Positions 20,573 to 30,946 of a stretch of 64,000 nucleotides of DNA are shown here, piece after piece. How positions within the stretch are numbered: the stretch's first letter is position 1; the number at the start of each line of letters is the position of its first letter. A program made the position numbers and the translations under genes. The notes under the pieces were generated by a model that was not told the DNA's origin, did no database searches, and was given only the letters and a program-made list of their open reading frames with translations. The DNA comes from Bacteroidota bacterium (GTDB lineage Bacteria; Bacteroidota; Ignavibacteria; Kapaibacteriales; Kapaibacteriaceae). The stretch spans positions 55,692 through 119,691 of the forward strand of contig JBEAYU010000042.1 of assembly GCA_041170435.1 (NCBI GenBank), written 5' to 3'.

Positions 20573-23500
20573 TCACGGCGTTACAACGAGTTTTTTGGTC
20601 GCTGTGGATAACGTTTTTCCATCAAGATCAGCCAGCTCCAAAACCATGCTGTAGAAGCCATTCGGAAGGAGCGTTCCGCCGACGCCGAGGGGTATGACGA
20701 TACGACCCGTAGAGACGACCTCGAGTCCAAGTTCGGTGCGGCGTCCCTGTACATCAACGACGGATATCTTCAGCTGGGCCGATGGCTCAACAACGGCGAT
20801 CTCGGCAACAATGCTGGCCACGCCGGATCGGGCCGGATTGGGAAAGACCTCGACACTGCGGATCTCGCTGACGTTTGGTCGCATCAACGATATCTCGGTC
20901 GTGTCAGGGTTACCGCTGGCATCCTTGGATCGCACGATGACAAGGTTCTCACCGGTCTCCATTGGGAAGCGGAAACGAAGGAGTGCTCGCGCCTGCGGTT
21001 GGTCGGGCTTGAGGGCAGCCAGCTGACGTGTTCCTATGAACTGCCAGTCGTCAACGTTGTCCCGACGGATGCGAGTACCGTTGACGAACACGATCATGTT
21101 GTCGGGATTCTCGATTGGGAGCTTCGACTGGTCAACGAGGAGTACCTCCATAAGGGGGCGATCACCAACCGCATCCCGATCACGTCTGATAGCACCGTCA
21201 GCATAGAGCTCGATGCGTGGAGGGATGGTGTCCTCAACGACACGTCCGACACCAAGCGCACGGTACAGGACGCGATACCGCAATGGCACCGGTGCATCCG
21301 GATCGATCACCATTTCGAGAATGGAAGTACGAGGCAGTCCATCCGTTGGAATGCGCAGCCGTGCCGTGGCAGAAGAATTCGGATCGACCCGTAGCGTGTC
21401 CACATACGTCCCGAGATTGGCTCCGGCCGTATCACGAATCTCAAGGCGAATCGCTGCGGCAATCACCCCGTGATCAAAACGTGCATTGTAGGCCGTGGCG
21501 CCAACAACCATCGTATCACCTCGCAAGGTCATGCCAGCATCCCCCACCGGTGCTACCGAACTGGCGACGATCTGTGGAAGAGGCGTGAAACGAAGATCAG
21601 CCGATCTGAATGATGGGATCGGTACTGAGTCGGTCGCAAACAGTGTCAGTCCGATCACCGAATACTCGAAGTCGTCTTCAGGGCTCCAACGCCGGGACAC
21701 GGTCACTGTGTCGACACGTCCGGTATCATCTTTGCGCTGCAAAACCAGATTGACATCGCCACGTGCATCGACATCGATCTGTCGCCAACGTCGCACCTGT
21801 TGCATTGGAACCGACAAACTGAGCGTATCCCATGTGAAGGGAACCACACCACCGGCAATAACGACCTGACCGGAACGCGACAGCTGTTCCACTGGCGTAA
21901 GTCGACGATAGCCCCTTGATCCGATCAATGCATATGAGCTGGCGGCCGTTATCGAGTCGGCCTGCTTTGCTCCATACTCTCTGAGCAGTTCCCGTAACTG
22001 GTCAATCAGACCATCTCGTTGAAATCGTGTGAAGGACTCGTCACATGCCGCCAGAGCGACGATGTCCTCCGAGGCTACTGAGTCTCGTAAGAATGTGATG
22101 CACTCTTGAGCATAGCCATTGTGCCCGGCCTCGATAGGTGAACCAGAGGGTGAAGTGTCATATCGCCGAATCATCCGAGGCAATGAGTCGTAAATCGAAA
22201 ACACGAGGATGTTCAGACCAACTCGAAATGAATTCTCAAGAAGCACACTGTCTCGCAAGCGGAACGACATTAACGGATCACGCACAGGATCTGCTGTTGG
22301 CTTTCCGGCCGAGCGAACACTCAAAGGCACAACAACCGCGGGTAAGTATATCCGATGCGTCAGTGAATCGAACGAACCATCTGGAGCAACGGAAGCAATC
22401 TGATCGGCAACTAACCGATGGCTGGTTGCGTCCGCCGGGCCATACGACATCGCCACCGGTTGCCACTGAATGGAGATTGGGCCCTCAGACGAACTCACTG
22501 CCGGCCATGCACCGATCCAGTAGGTGCCATTTGTGTCAAGTCGCACATCACTCGGCAACAACCAATCGACGAGCGCCGTACCGAGCACGCGACGGAGCTC
22601 CTCGGCCCGTGAACGGCGTATCGCAGTGGATGTATCACGACGTCTGCAAAGTGCCATGCGAACATCAACCGACGTGCTTTGTGTTGAAAGCACATCGATC
22701 ACGCGGACAATGAGCGAGTCGGGATGCACAACGCGTCCAGCCTCGGGTTCAAGGATGATCAGCGAAGGCTTCGCCACGTCAAGACTCATGCGAACCACAT
22801 TGTTGTCAGGACGATCGCCGAGCATTCTATCCGGATCGATGATCATGACGATATCGTGCCTGCCCGGCATATCTGCTATCGCGAGTTCAAATCGGACACC
22901 TGCTGTGCGACAGACTCCGTCCGAGAGCACAACCGACGAAGAGTCTGTGGACGCACCATAAGTCCGTCGCAAGCGAACCTCCACGGGCTGTGTCGTTCCG
23001 AGACCTTGACTCCATACCTCGAGGTCTATCGATACTGTACTATCGGTCTCGACAATGGGATCTACCGACCGCCGCGTCGAAACTCTCACAGACTGTGCAG
23101 GCAACGACACTTCGACGGCAGTGTCGATCCGTATTCGTGTGAACGGATCACCAAGAAGTGAAAACTGATGAGTAGCATTGTTGCCGAACGTCGTGTTCAG
23201 CAGCGCCATCGACCTCTTCGCCTCGTACATCATTGCGCCGATGGCTCTGATTTTCGTTCTGGCAAGTACCTCATGGATGCGGAGCAACAGGAAGTCCGCA
23301 GTTGCGACGTATTGCAATCCGGTGGATCCGATCGCGGCAGATGCACCATATCGTGGCTCGAACAGATACTTCGAGTTTTCACACGTCGTCGACGGGCTGG
23401 CAAATCCACCGGTCAAACACGAAAAAGTCGCCAGCACGGGATATCGACCTTCGTTGGCAAGTTGCCAGGGTCGCCAGTCTTCGATATCGAAGAGTTCTGT

Positions 23501-26302
23501 ACCCCCGTGTCCAAAGAAGTTGACCAGGCCCACGCCCTCATTGATCAGTGACCGGATCTTCCTTCCTGGCTGGTCGACATTCTCTTTGCAAACCACAACC
23601 GTGTCGAGACACAGAGGCGCTGCCGAAAAGTCGACACCGCTCCCGAACTCGTCACGAAGCAGTCGATAAAAAACCGAGCAGAAGCTTTCACTCGGCTTAC
23701 CTCCACCTGCATACAGAAACCTCCTCTGGTATGGTGCATATGCGACGGTGTCTGACGTGATGATCTTGTCGATCAGGACCCGCAACTCTTCTGTTGTCTC
23801 GGCCGGAAAGCGTGCAACGATCATCTCTGGAGTGACCAGGTCACGATCATCATCAAGGAGTCCGTACCAAAAATCCGAAACCGGATTCCCATAGGTCGGG
23901 ATCTGATCTTGCCGTCGCGCGTCAACATTGCTTCCTCGCACGGCAACGCGAACATCCCAACTTGCATTGCCAATGAGCACGCAATGTGTCGGCTTTCGAT
24001 CCTTAGAGCGTTTCCATGCATCGGCAAGGAATGCCTTGATGGCGTGAGGTGAATGACGACCGCATGCATAGGCCTCAAAGATGCTCTCAACATCAAACAT
24101 GGCAATCCGCACATTGCTGAACGCCTCCCGATGCCGAGCCCATCGCCGCGCCTCGTCCATGTGGGCGCGATACACGATGGCAATAACATCCGCCCCCTGC
24201 GACCAATCGTGCTTGCTGACGAAGTCATTGGTTGCCGCCATAGCACGAGCCGACTCGATACCTTGGCCACTGCCGAGAAACAGATCATGCTGTCCCGGCG
24301 GCACGACAACGTTCGAGCGGTAGGACCTTCCGCTGTCTGCGCGATACGAATCAACATGACCTGAGATCGTGGTAAATCTTCCTTGCCCGGCAGCAGAGCT
24401 CGCTATCCAACCTCTGGGCGTTGCAGTATCAGGAATTGACACTCCCCTGCTGCGAAGCGCCGCTGCAAGCTCGGCATCTTGCGCCCCCGACACACACACA
24501 ACAACCAGCGGTTGCTGTGCCCATGTACCGTTGAGGAATTGCACCACGGATCGAGCATCCGGAAATCGTTGCAGATTCAGTCGAGGCGGACTTCCTGCGA
24601 CCCTTCCTAGAGCATATGCGGTGACGCTGTCATCCGTGACATGCTCATCACCGACAGCGATGTTCACCGTGTATCGTCCAGCCTGTGCGATAAAGGGGCG
24701 CTTGGGATCTCGATACGGAACGGCGGCAGCTCGCACATGGTGGGTGCGTAGCTCAGATGCAATGAACCTGATCTGTCGTGTCGTCGAATCAATGATCACC
24801 ATCGATTTGTCTGGTAGGTTCTCGACAAAGAGTTGGACGGCCGTGGTCAAGCTCAAACGACCGTGTAGCTTACCCTGTTGTGCTATGCTGGCCCCCTTGC
24901 CCTTTACCTCGATTCCGTCAACAAGCACAAGACTTGCCCACTTTGCGGAGTCCACGCGGTCGGGAAAGCCGGTAGCTTGGACGATCAATTCAGCACCAAC
25001 CGGGGGGACATCTTGCTCGATGAGTGTATCGACAATTCGATGCCGACCAAATCCATCGACTTCCGCACGCACAGATGATTCCGATCCGGGGAACAAGACA
25101 TCGAAGCCATGATCGGGGTTGAATGCTGCGAGGCTGATTGTCGTTGCCAGATCTGCCGACACTGTCACCTTCGAACCCGCTGCGGGGATGAATGGTATGG
25201 GGAATCGTCCGGCTTGCTGGATGCGAGCATTGAGTGTTGCCCAGTAGAAGCCCTCAAGGAATGCTCGCGGCGTGAACAGCTTTCCATGGTCATCGTCGAC
25301 CCCGTTGCCGGGGTGATAATACCCCGTATCCCTCTCATACCGAGCTTCCATGTCAAGCCAACCGATGACCGAATCCGGCTCCGGATCATTGGTCGTGTCT
25401 CGAGTGAGCCGAAGCCTTGGGCCAGTCACCAGTGAACCGGTCAAATAGAACACCGAGACCGAGTCCTGCTCGTCAAGGTATGATGTGTCGCCCGCTGCTC
25501 TGCGACCAAGAAAGTAGATCTGATCACCGTCTGTAAAGGTCGATGATCTATCGGCATCATCAACGTAGATCGGCTGCTGAACGCCCCTCCAAAACAGTGC
25601 CAGTGAGTCCAACGCTCCAAACGTACCCAGGGCCAGCACATCCGTGGCTCGAATGACCGCCACTCCATCGTGGGCCGTCTCGATGCGCACGAACTGCCGG
25701 GCCGTGTGGTACCAAAGCTGTGGATCGACGGCATTCTGGGATGACTCGACAGATTTAGCTGTTGGCTCTGCAGCGGTCGATGCCCACTGGCTGTTGACAA
25801 CGATGGGACCTACCGGAGGTTGGAGGGCTGGACCGATCGTCATCGCCGACGGCAGCGCCAAACTGATGACAAACTCGTCGAGGAGAGTCGAACGGATTGC
25901 ACTGTTGAAGCCGATAACGTCGACCTCAACGTGCATCAGAGATCGGCCGCCGTAGGACCCCGCCGGACGCAGAGTGACGTATGGTTGCAATTGAGGGGGC
26001 GAACATTCCTTCACGACAACTCCGGCATGCGTCGGCACATAGACTGCATACACGAGTACATCACGAGTCGTGTCAACCGTGCTCTTCGAAGCCCGCTGAT
26101 GATGGAGCGTCATGCGTCCGGTGAAGTGATCGCGCGTCACCGACGAAGCGATACGACTATCTCTGATCACCACGGTACGTGACTGCTCGCCCCCTGACAG
26201 GATAACTGTCATGGTCAGCAGGAGTCCGACTATCGTGGAGATGTGCCTCATCATACGGAAAGAGCGCCGTGACACCGATCGATGTATCACGACGCTCTTC
26301 AA
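20573..26302 (-). CDS. Very large C25-family cysteine peptidase-like protein (gingipain/PorU type) with T9SS C-terminal domain
   Basis: C25-like segments (VLIGNASWD...IPTYGNPVSDFWYGLLDDD, NFFGHGGTELFD with candidate His, LATFSCLTGGF with candidate Cys). The C-terminal ~90 aa are VEVFPNPARSG...FYSMVLEL. The likely true start is MMRHISTIVGLLL at about 26254. Confidence 0.72.
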   Translation of the reverse strand: MKSVVIHRSVSRRSFRMMRHISTIVGLLLTMTVILSGGEQSRTVVIRDSRIASSVTRDHFTGRMTLHHQRASKSTVDTTRDVLVYAVYVPTHAGVVVKECSPPQLQPYVTLRPAGSYGGRSLMHVEVDVIGFNSAIRSTLLDEFVISLALPSAMTIGPALQPPVGPIVVNSQWASTAAEPTAKSVESSQNAVDPQLWYHTARQFVRIETAHDGVAVIRATDVLALGTFGALDSLALFWRGVQQPIYVDDADRSSTFTDGDQIYFLGRRAAGDTSYLDEQDSVSVFYLTGSLVTGPRLRLTRDTTNDPEPDSVIGWLDMEARYERDTGYYHPGNGVDDDHGKLFTPRAFLEGFYWATLNARIQQAGRFPIPFIPAAGSKVTVSADLATTISLAAFNPDHGFDVLFPGSESSVRAEVDGFGRHRIVDTLIEQDVPPVGAELIVQATGFPDRVDSAKWASLVLVDGIEVKGKGASIAQQGKLHGRLSLTTAVQLFVENLPDKSMVIIDSTTRQIRFIASELRTHHVRAAAVPYRDPKRPFIAQAGRYTVNIAVGDEHVTDDSVTAYALGRVAGSPPRLNLQRFPDARSVVQFLNGTWAQQPLVVVCVSGAQDAELAAALRSRGVSIPDTATPRGWIASSAAGQGRFTTISGHVDSYRADSGRSYRSNVVVPPGQHDLFLGSGQGIESARAMAATNDFVSKHDWSQGADVIAIVYRAHMDEARRWARHREAFSNVRIAMFDVESIFEAYACGRHSPHAIKAFLADAWKRSKDRKPTHCVLIGNASWDVRVAVRGSNVDARRQDQIPTYGNPVSDFWYGLLDDDRDLVTPEMIVARFPAETTEELRVLIDKIITSDTVAYAPYQRRFLYAGGGKPSESFCSVFYRLLRDEFGSGVDFSAAPLCLDTVVVCKENVDQPGRKIRSLINEGVGLVNFFGHGGTELFDIEDWRPWQLANEGRYPVLATFSCLTGGFASPSTTCENSKYLFEPRYGASAAIGSTGLQYVATADFLLLRIHEVLARTKIRAIGAMMYEAKRSMALLNTTFGNNATHQFSLLGDPFTRIRIDTAVEVSLPAQSVRVSTRRSVDPIVETDSTVSIDLEVWSQGLGTTQPVEVRLRRTYGASTDSSSVVLSDGVCRTAGVRFELAIADMPGRHDIVMIIDPDRMLGDRPDNNVVRMSLDVAKPSLIILEPEAGRVVHPDSLIVRVIDVLSTQSTSVDVRMALCRRRDTSTAIRRSRAEELRRVLGTALVDWLLPSDVRLDTNGTYWIGAWPAVSSSEGPISIQWQPVAMSYGPADATSHRLVADQIASVAPDGSFDSLTHRIYLPAVVVPLSVRSAGKPTADPVRDPLMSFRLRDSVLLENSFRVGLNILVFSIYDSLPRMIRRYDTSPSGSPIEAGHNGYAQECITFLRDSVASEDIVALAACDESFTRFQRDGLIDQLRELLREYGAKQADSITAASSYALIGSRGYRRLTPVEQLSRSGQVVIAGGVVPFTWDTLSLSVPMQQVRRWRQIDVDARGDVNLVLQRKDDTGRVDTVTVSRRWSPEDDFEYSVIGLTLFATDSVPIPSFRSADLRFTPLPQIVASSVAPVGDAGMTLRGDTMVVGATAYNARFDHGVIAAAIRLEIRDTAGANLGTYVDTLRVDPNSSATARLRIPTDGLPRTSILEMVIDPDAPVPLRYRVLYRALGVGRVVEDTIPPRIELYADGAIRRDRDAVGDRPLMEVLLVDQSKLPIENPDNMIVFVNGTRIRRDNVDDWQFIGTRQLAALKPDQPQARALLRFRFPMETGENLVIVRSKDASGNPDTTEISLMRPNVSEIRSVEVFPNPARSGVASIVAEIAVVEPSAQLKISVVDVQGRRTELGLEVVSTGRIVIPLGVGGTLLPNGFYSMVLELADLDGKTLSTATKKLVVTP

Positions 26303-26339
26303 TGTTTCGTGTGAAAACCCGAAGGCCTCAGATCAACCG

Positions 26340-27731
26340 TTACCCTTTGGGCGTCGGGAATGCTTCGCGCATTGCAACGATGATCTTCTCTGCCACCTTG
26401 TCAGAAACAACGCGTTTGACGTTGTCATCGCTGGCGAGGGCCTCAGCTATGGCAAGTTCAACCTTCTTCTTAATGATCTCGGATGTCTCTCCCACCAGCG
26501 CGCTGGCCATCGAGTGCATATCCTCAGAAACATCCTTCATTGTCTCAAGCTGACTCTTGCTGGCATCTTCCATCTTCTTCATCAGCTTATCCATCCGCTC
26601 TTCACCTTCCGTGTAGACAAGACCGAATGCAAGAAGAGCAAGAAGCGCACCTTCGAGTGAGATAGCTGCAAGGATCAGTGATGGCTTTGTTGCAGGGATG
26701 AACTTTAGACCGCGGATACCGATGATCACGATGAGGATGGCAGCACCGAAATAGGCAAGCCCCGTGACGTTGTTAGAATACTTCTCGGTGAAGTGGTGGG
26801 CCATGTAAAGACGAAGTCCGCCAAAAAGCTTTGCACGGTTGCGAGACCACTCAATGCCAGCTGTTGTGTCGAGAATTTCCTTCACAACGAAGTCCGAGAA
26901 GAACTCGTTAATGCGGATGAAAATCGCTTCACGACGGAACTCGGAAAGCGCTACATCAGGCGTGAAAACATCATCGAATCGGATCAGTCGACGTCCGCGC
27001 GCCCTTGCGTCTTCTTCTGATTCCTGAGCTGTTCGATCCCAGATGATCTTGAAGGCAGCGCGCACATCCTTGTGCTCGAGCTGATCCAAATCGCGATCGG
27101 GCATCACAAGAAGTTCAACGATCTCGTCAGGGAAACCAGACTGGAGGCGGATCTTCGTCTTTGTGTGATGAATCTCACGATCTACTTTCTGAGCCATATA
27201 TCCAATGCTGCTCGGAAAAAAGAACGTAATGAAGATCGCAAATGTGAACCCAAAGGCCAATGACAGCACCGTGAAGCCGATCGGAGGTTCAATAATGATG
27301 GAGTTTTCCCCCAAACCACCCTCTTCCGTGGCGCGCAGTACCCATGTGCCGTGCTCCTTAAGGTAACCGTCCCGTTCTTCGCTACGATGAGCACCGGTCT
27401 CGAAGTCAAAGACATACTCTGCCTTGATCATCTTCTTGAGACCTTCGGCAGCGGCCTTGGTCTGACGCTCTGCCGGAGCCATTTCGGATGCCTCCTTCGT
27501 CATGAGTGCCTTGACACCCGGAATGACGAAATCGAACTTCTCCCCACTCTTTTCGCTCACTTCCGGCGCAAACAGATTGGACACGGCCATCTGCACGGCG
27601 GTCGGAATGAAGAAGAAATAAAACACCGCGGCAATTGCCGTGGTTATAGCCAAAAGCACTGCCGTGTGTTGAAACCCAGCTTTTGGAACTGCTGCATGTC
27701 CGCCTGCTGTCATCGCCACTCCTGTCGACAT
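26340..27731 (-). CDS. Multi-pass membrane protein of unknown function with C-terminal coiled-coil-like tail
   Basis: 463-aa ORF with coding-like composition and about 4 hydrophobic helices (e.g. AVLLAITTAIAAVFYFFFIP, FTVLSLAFGFTFAIFITFFF, GLAYFGAAILIVIIGI, LILAAISLEGALLALLAFGLV). No family was recognised. It ends 37 nt upstream of the C25 gene on the same strand. Confidence 0.5.
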   Translation of the reverse strand: MSTGVAMTAGGHAAVPKAGFQHTAVLLAITTAIAAVFYFFFIPTAVQMAVSNLFAPEVSEKSGEKFDFVIPGVKALMTKEASEMAPAERQTKAAAEGLKKMIKAEYVFDFETGAHRSEERDGYLKEHGTWVLRATEEGGLGENSIIIEPPIGFTVLSLAFGFTFAIFITFFFPSSIGYMAQKVDREIHHTKTKIRLQSGFPDEIVELLVMPDRDLDQLEHKDVRAAFKIIWDRTAQESEEDARARGRRLIRFDDVFTPDVALSEFRREAIFIRINEFFSDFVVKEILDTTAGIEWSRNRAKLFGGLRLYMAHHFTEKYSNNVTGLAYFGAAILIVIIGIRGLKFIPATKPSLILAAISLEGALLALLAFGLVYTEGEERMDKLMKKMEDASKSQLETMKDVSEDMHSMASALVGETSEIIKKKVELAIAEALASDDNVKRVVSDKVAEKIIVAMREAFPTPKG

Positions 27732-27860
27732 TGATGTGAACGCAAAAAACTCCCCCTAGCGGAAAGCCGTGACCAATATACGAAATGGGCACCCTCATCA
27801 TAACGACGGATTGTGAAGAATCATGTACTGGTCCGGCTGGTCTCCGTATTTTCGCGCATT

Positions 27861-29198
27861 ATGTCTACCTACAAACCCCTTTTCGACGTTACGCCAGAAC
27901 AGGTCATTCCGACCCTGCGGGACTACATCCTTGTTGACGGCTTCGATCACGTGATCGACCTCGATCATAGCCACGGTGCCTGGATGGTAGAGGCGCGGAC
28001 CAAGCGCGCATATCTGGACTTTTTCACATGCATTGCATCCATGCCGATCGGTATGAACCATCCGAAGATGACCGACCCGGCATTCGTGGAATACTTGGGT
28101 AAGGCCGCACTCAATAAGCCTTCTAATTCCGACATCTACACAGCGCACATGGCCACGTTCGTCAAGACGTTCTTCGAACTGGCCCTTCCGAAACATTTTC
28201 GATATGCCTTCTTCATCGACGGCGGTACCCTGGCCGTTGAGAATGCCATCAAAACGGCCATGGATTGGAAGGTGCGTCGAAACATGAGCAAGGGCTACAG
28301 CGGCGAACGTGGGCATCAGATCATTCACTTCCAGCGCGCATTCCATGGACGCTCAGGGTACTGCATGTCGCTGACGAACACGGATCCAACCAAGGTTGCG
28401 CTGTGGCCGCGGTGGGACTGGCCACGTATCGCTCCGCCGATGTTGTCATTTCCTGTCACCGACGCTGTACTGGAGGACGCACGTGCCCGCGAGGATGCTG
28501 CCGTTGAGGCCATAAAGAAGGCATTTGTAGATCATCCCGATGACATCGCCGCAATCATCATTGAGCCCATACAGGGTGAAGGGGGCGACAATCATTTCCG
28601 TCCGGAGTTTCTTGTTCGGCTGCGCCAGCTCTGCGATGAAAACGAAGCACTGCTGATCTTCGACGAGGTTCAGACGGGCGTCGGAATCACTGGACATTGG
28701 TGGGCCCATATGGGCCTGGGTGTTGAGCCAGATATCATGTCGTTTGGCAAGAAAATGCAGGTCTGCGGCATTGTCGTCGGTCCAAGAATCGACGACGTTC
28801 CCGACAATGTCTTTCACACGTCAAGCCGAATCAACTCCACGTGGGGAGGATCTCTGGTTGACATGGTACGAGCCACGAAGTACCTCGAAATCATCCACGA
28901 AGAAGGCCTCGTCGAGAATGCCGGCAGCGTTGGCGTATACCTACGCCAGCAACTCACAGAACTGCGTAATCGTGTTGGTCATGACGTCATGACGAACATC
29001 CGTGGCATGGGGCTGTTCTGCGCCTTTGATCTCCCGTCGAAAGAATTGCGAAACAGATTCCTGAAGAATGCCTATGACAACGGTTTGCTGCTGGTGGGCA
29101 GTGGCGACCGATCGGTGCGTTTTCGTCCGCCCCTAAACCTCACGCGAGAACTTGTCGATACTGGAATGGAGATCATTGGCACCTGCCTCCGTAGCTGA
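27861..29198 (+). CDS. lat: L-lysine 6-transaminase (class III aminotransferase)
   Basis: The N-terminal pattern (LRDYILVDGFDHVIDLDHSHGAWMVEARTKRAYLDFFTCIASMPIGMNHP...KPSNSDIYT) resembles Lat. The start was trimmed to MSTYKPL. Confidence 0.78.
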   Translation: MSTYKPLFDVTPEQVIPTLRDYILVDGFDHVIDLDHSHGAWMVEARTKRAYLDFFTCIASMPIGMNHPKMTDPAFVEYLGKAALNKPSNSDIYTAHMATFVKTFFELALPKHFRYAFFIDGGTLAVENAIKTAMDWKVRRNMSKGYSGERGHQIIHFQRAFHGRSGYCMSLTNTDPTKVALWPRWDWPRIAPPMLSFPVTDAVLEDARAREDAAVEAIKKAFVDHPDDIAAIIIEPIQGEGGDNHFRPEFLVRLRQLCDENEALLIFDEVQTGVGITGHWWAHMGLGVEPDIMSFGKKMQVCGIVVGPRIDDVPDNVFHTSSRINSTWGGSLVDMVRATKYLEIIHEEGLVENAGSVGVYLRQQLTELRNRVGHDVMTNIRGMGLFCAFDLPSKELRNRFLKNAYDNGLLLVGSGDRSVRFRPPLNLTRELVDTGMEIIGTCLRS

Positions 29199-29201
29199 TC
29201 C

Positions 29202-30224
29202 TCATATCGGGATCATCGCGACAGCAGCGGCCGTGACCTCGTCGACCACCTCTTGAAACGGCCGATGCTTCACTCGTGCCCCTGCAGCGTAGACATGCCC
29301 GCCCCCTCCCCAGGTGGCTGCCAGATCACGAACAAATGTCTCACCCTTCGAGCGGAATGAGCACTTTGTCTCTCCGTCGACCTCCACGAACAGGATGCCG
29401 AGCTTCACTCCAGCAATGCTAAGCGTGTGATGCACGAAACCTTCGACGTCGTCGACGCTGCATTGGGTCTCGATCAGATCGCTTCGCCGGACAGCCATGG
29501 TGCAAACGTTTCCTAATGCATGCAACTGCAGTGAGGCCAATGCAGCGCCAAGAAGACGTGTTCGGCCGAATGAGCTCTGGTTCATTACCGCATCGTAGCA
29601 GTTGACGGGATCGGCACCGCGTTCGAGCAACGTTGCCACCAGTCGAAAAACCTGAGCATTGGTTCTGGGAAAGCGGAACGAACCAGTATCGGTCATGATC
29701 CCCGTGTAAAGACACATGGCGATGTTCTGCGTCAGCACCGAGTCTCCATCGGCGGCCAAGATCAGCTCTGCAACCATTGCACAGGTCGAACACGCCTCGG
29801 TGTCGATCATGGCGAGCTCTGCAAACGCCTGAGGATGGGTGTGGTGGTCGATGTTTACAATGCGAGCCGAGGACGCTGCGATCCGCTCGCCCAACTCACC
29901 CAGTCGCTGCAGCGTGTTTAGGTCGAGAACGATGATCAGATCAGCCCTCTGAATCCATTCGATGCCCAGCGGGCCGTAGGTGATCATCGACGATGCTCCG
30001 GGAAGCCAGCGCAGGTTTTCCGGAGCGGCATTTGGAAGGACAATCTGTGCTTCGACTCCCTTGCTGAGCACCCAGTGCCAGAGTCCGAGAGCAGATCCGA
30101 TCGCATCTCCATCGGGATTGACGTGCGTCGTGATCACTACCGTACGTGCTTGGCAAATGGCGGCGGCGATTGAGTTCTGTGTCGAGTGGTGATCGTTCTT
30201 CATGTGCACTGGATATCTTCGCAT
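29202..30224 (-). CDS. nrnA: DHH-family oligoribonuclease / pAp phosphatase NrnA
   Basis: DHH motifs (THVNPDGDAIGS, NIDHHTH) and the DHHA1 motif GGGHVYAAG. Confidence 0.85.
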   Translation of the reverse strand: MRRYPVHMKNDHHSTQNSIAAAICQARTVVITTHVNPDGDAIGSALGLWHWVLSKGVEAQIVLPNAAPENLRWLPGASSMITYGPLGIEWIQRADLIIVLDLNTLQRLGELGERIAASSARIVNIDHHTHPQAFAELAMIDTEACSTCAMVAELILAADGDSVLTQNIAMCLYTGIMTDTGSFRFPRTNAQVFRLVATLLERGADPVNCYDAVMNQSSFGRTRLLGAALASLQLHALGNVCTMAVRRSDLIETQCSVDDVEGFVHHTLSIAGVKLGILFVEVDGETKCSFRSKGETFVRDLAATWGGGGHVYAAGARVKHRPFQEVVDEVTAAAVAMIPI

Positions 30225-30229
30225 ACTGA

Positions 30230-30946
30230 ATGTGGACGTGGCGCAAAATAGGGACCGCTGCTGCGGTGGTGTTCATCACGATTGCAGCGACACTGATCGT
30301 TGTCGATCAGATAGCACTTCCATGGATCGTCTCGACCTCCGAGACCGTTCGCGTTCCATCTGTGATCGGCAAGAAAGAGTCGTCGGCCGAGTACGTGCTT
30401 ACGCAGCTCGGACTCCAGGTCAAAGACGTCCGATACCAGCATAGCCCGAACGTTGAACCGGGCACCGTGATGTCGCAGCTTCCCACCGAGGGATCCATCG
30501 TAAAGGAAGGTCGGCGTGTGTATTTGACCGTGAGCAAGGGGCTCGAGACGGTGACCATGCCAGACTTGATCGGACAGACCATTGGTCAGGCTCGACGTCA
30601 ACTGGCGCGGCTTGGCCTACAGCTTGGTTCGGTCTCCAGTGTCGTCAGTGCTGACCATCCTGCGGAGACTATCGCTTGGCAATCAGTGGCTGCCGGGTCA
30701 CAGATAAACGTCGATGCAGCCGTAAACCTCGACGTCTCTCAGGGCGCTTCAATGCGAATGCCCTACGTCGTGGGCATGCAGATCGAGGAGGCACGCGCGA
30801 CGCTTGCCGCGATCGGTGTCGAGATCGGATCTGTAACGGAGCGATCGACTAGGGCCTTCACGGCTGGCACCATCATCGAGCAAGAGCCCCCTGCCGACAG
30901 TGCAGTGAGCCCGGCGATACCCGTGAGGGTCATTCTGGCACGTTGA
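30230..30946 (+). CDS. Membrane-anchored PASTA-domain protein (three PASTA repeats, no kinase or PBP domain)
   Basis: N-terminal TM helix (AAAVVFITIAATLIVV) followed by three ~65-aa repeats, each starting VPSVIGK / MPDLIGQ / MPYVVGM. Confidence 0.8.
   Translation: MWTWRKIGTAAAVVFITIAATLIVVDQIALPWIVSTSETVRVPSVIGKKESSAEYVLTQLGLQVKDVRYQHSPNVEPGTVMSQLPTEGSIVKEGRRVYLTVSKGLETVTMPDLIGQTIGQARRQLARLGLQLGSVSSVVSADHPAETIAWQSVAAGSQINVDAAVNLDVSQGASMRMPYVVGMQIEEARATLAAIGVEIGSVTERSTRAFTAGTIIEQEPPADSAVSPAIPVRVILAR

Noticed and set aside
26303-26318. parS-like TGTTTCGTGTGAAAAC lies next to the start of the C25 gene.
   Set aside because: It matches 12 of 16 consensus positions, with mismatches in the central and outer positions. 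It is 30 kb from parAB, and I cannot distinguish it from chance without a genome-wide scan.
27732-27860. A possible lysine riboswitch could lie in the 129-nt leader of the lysine aminotransferase gene.
   Set aside because: The region is too short for an L-box, and I could not fold the conserved helices or find the conserved core motifs.
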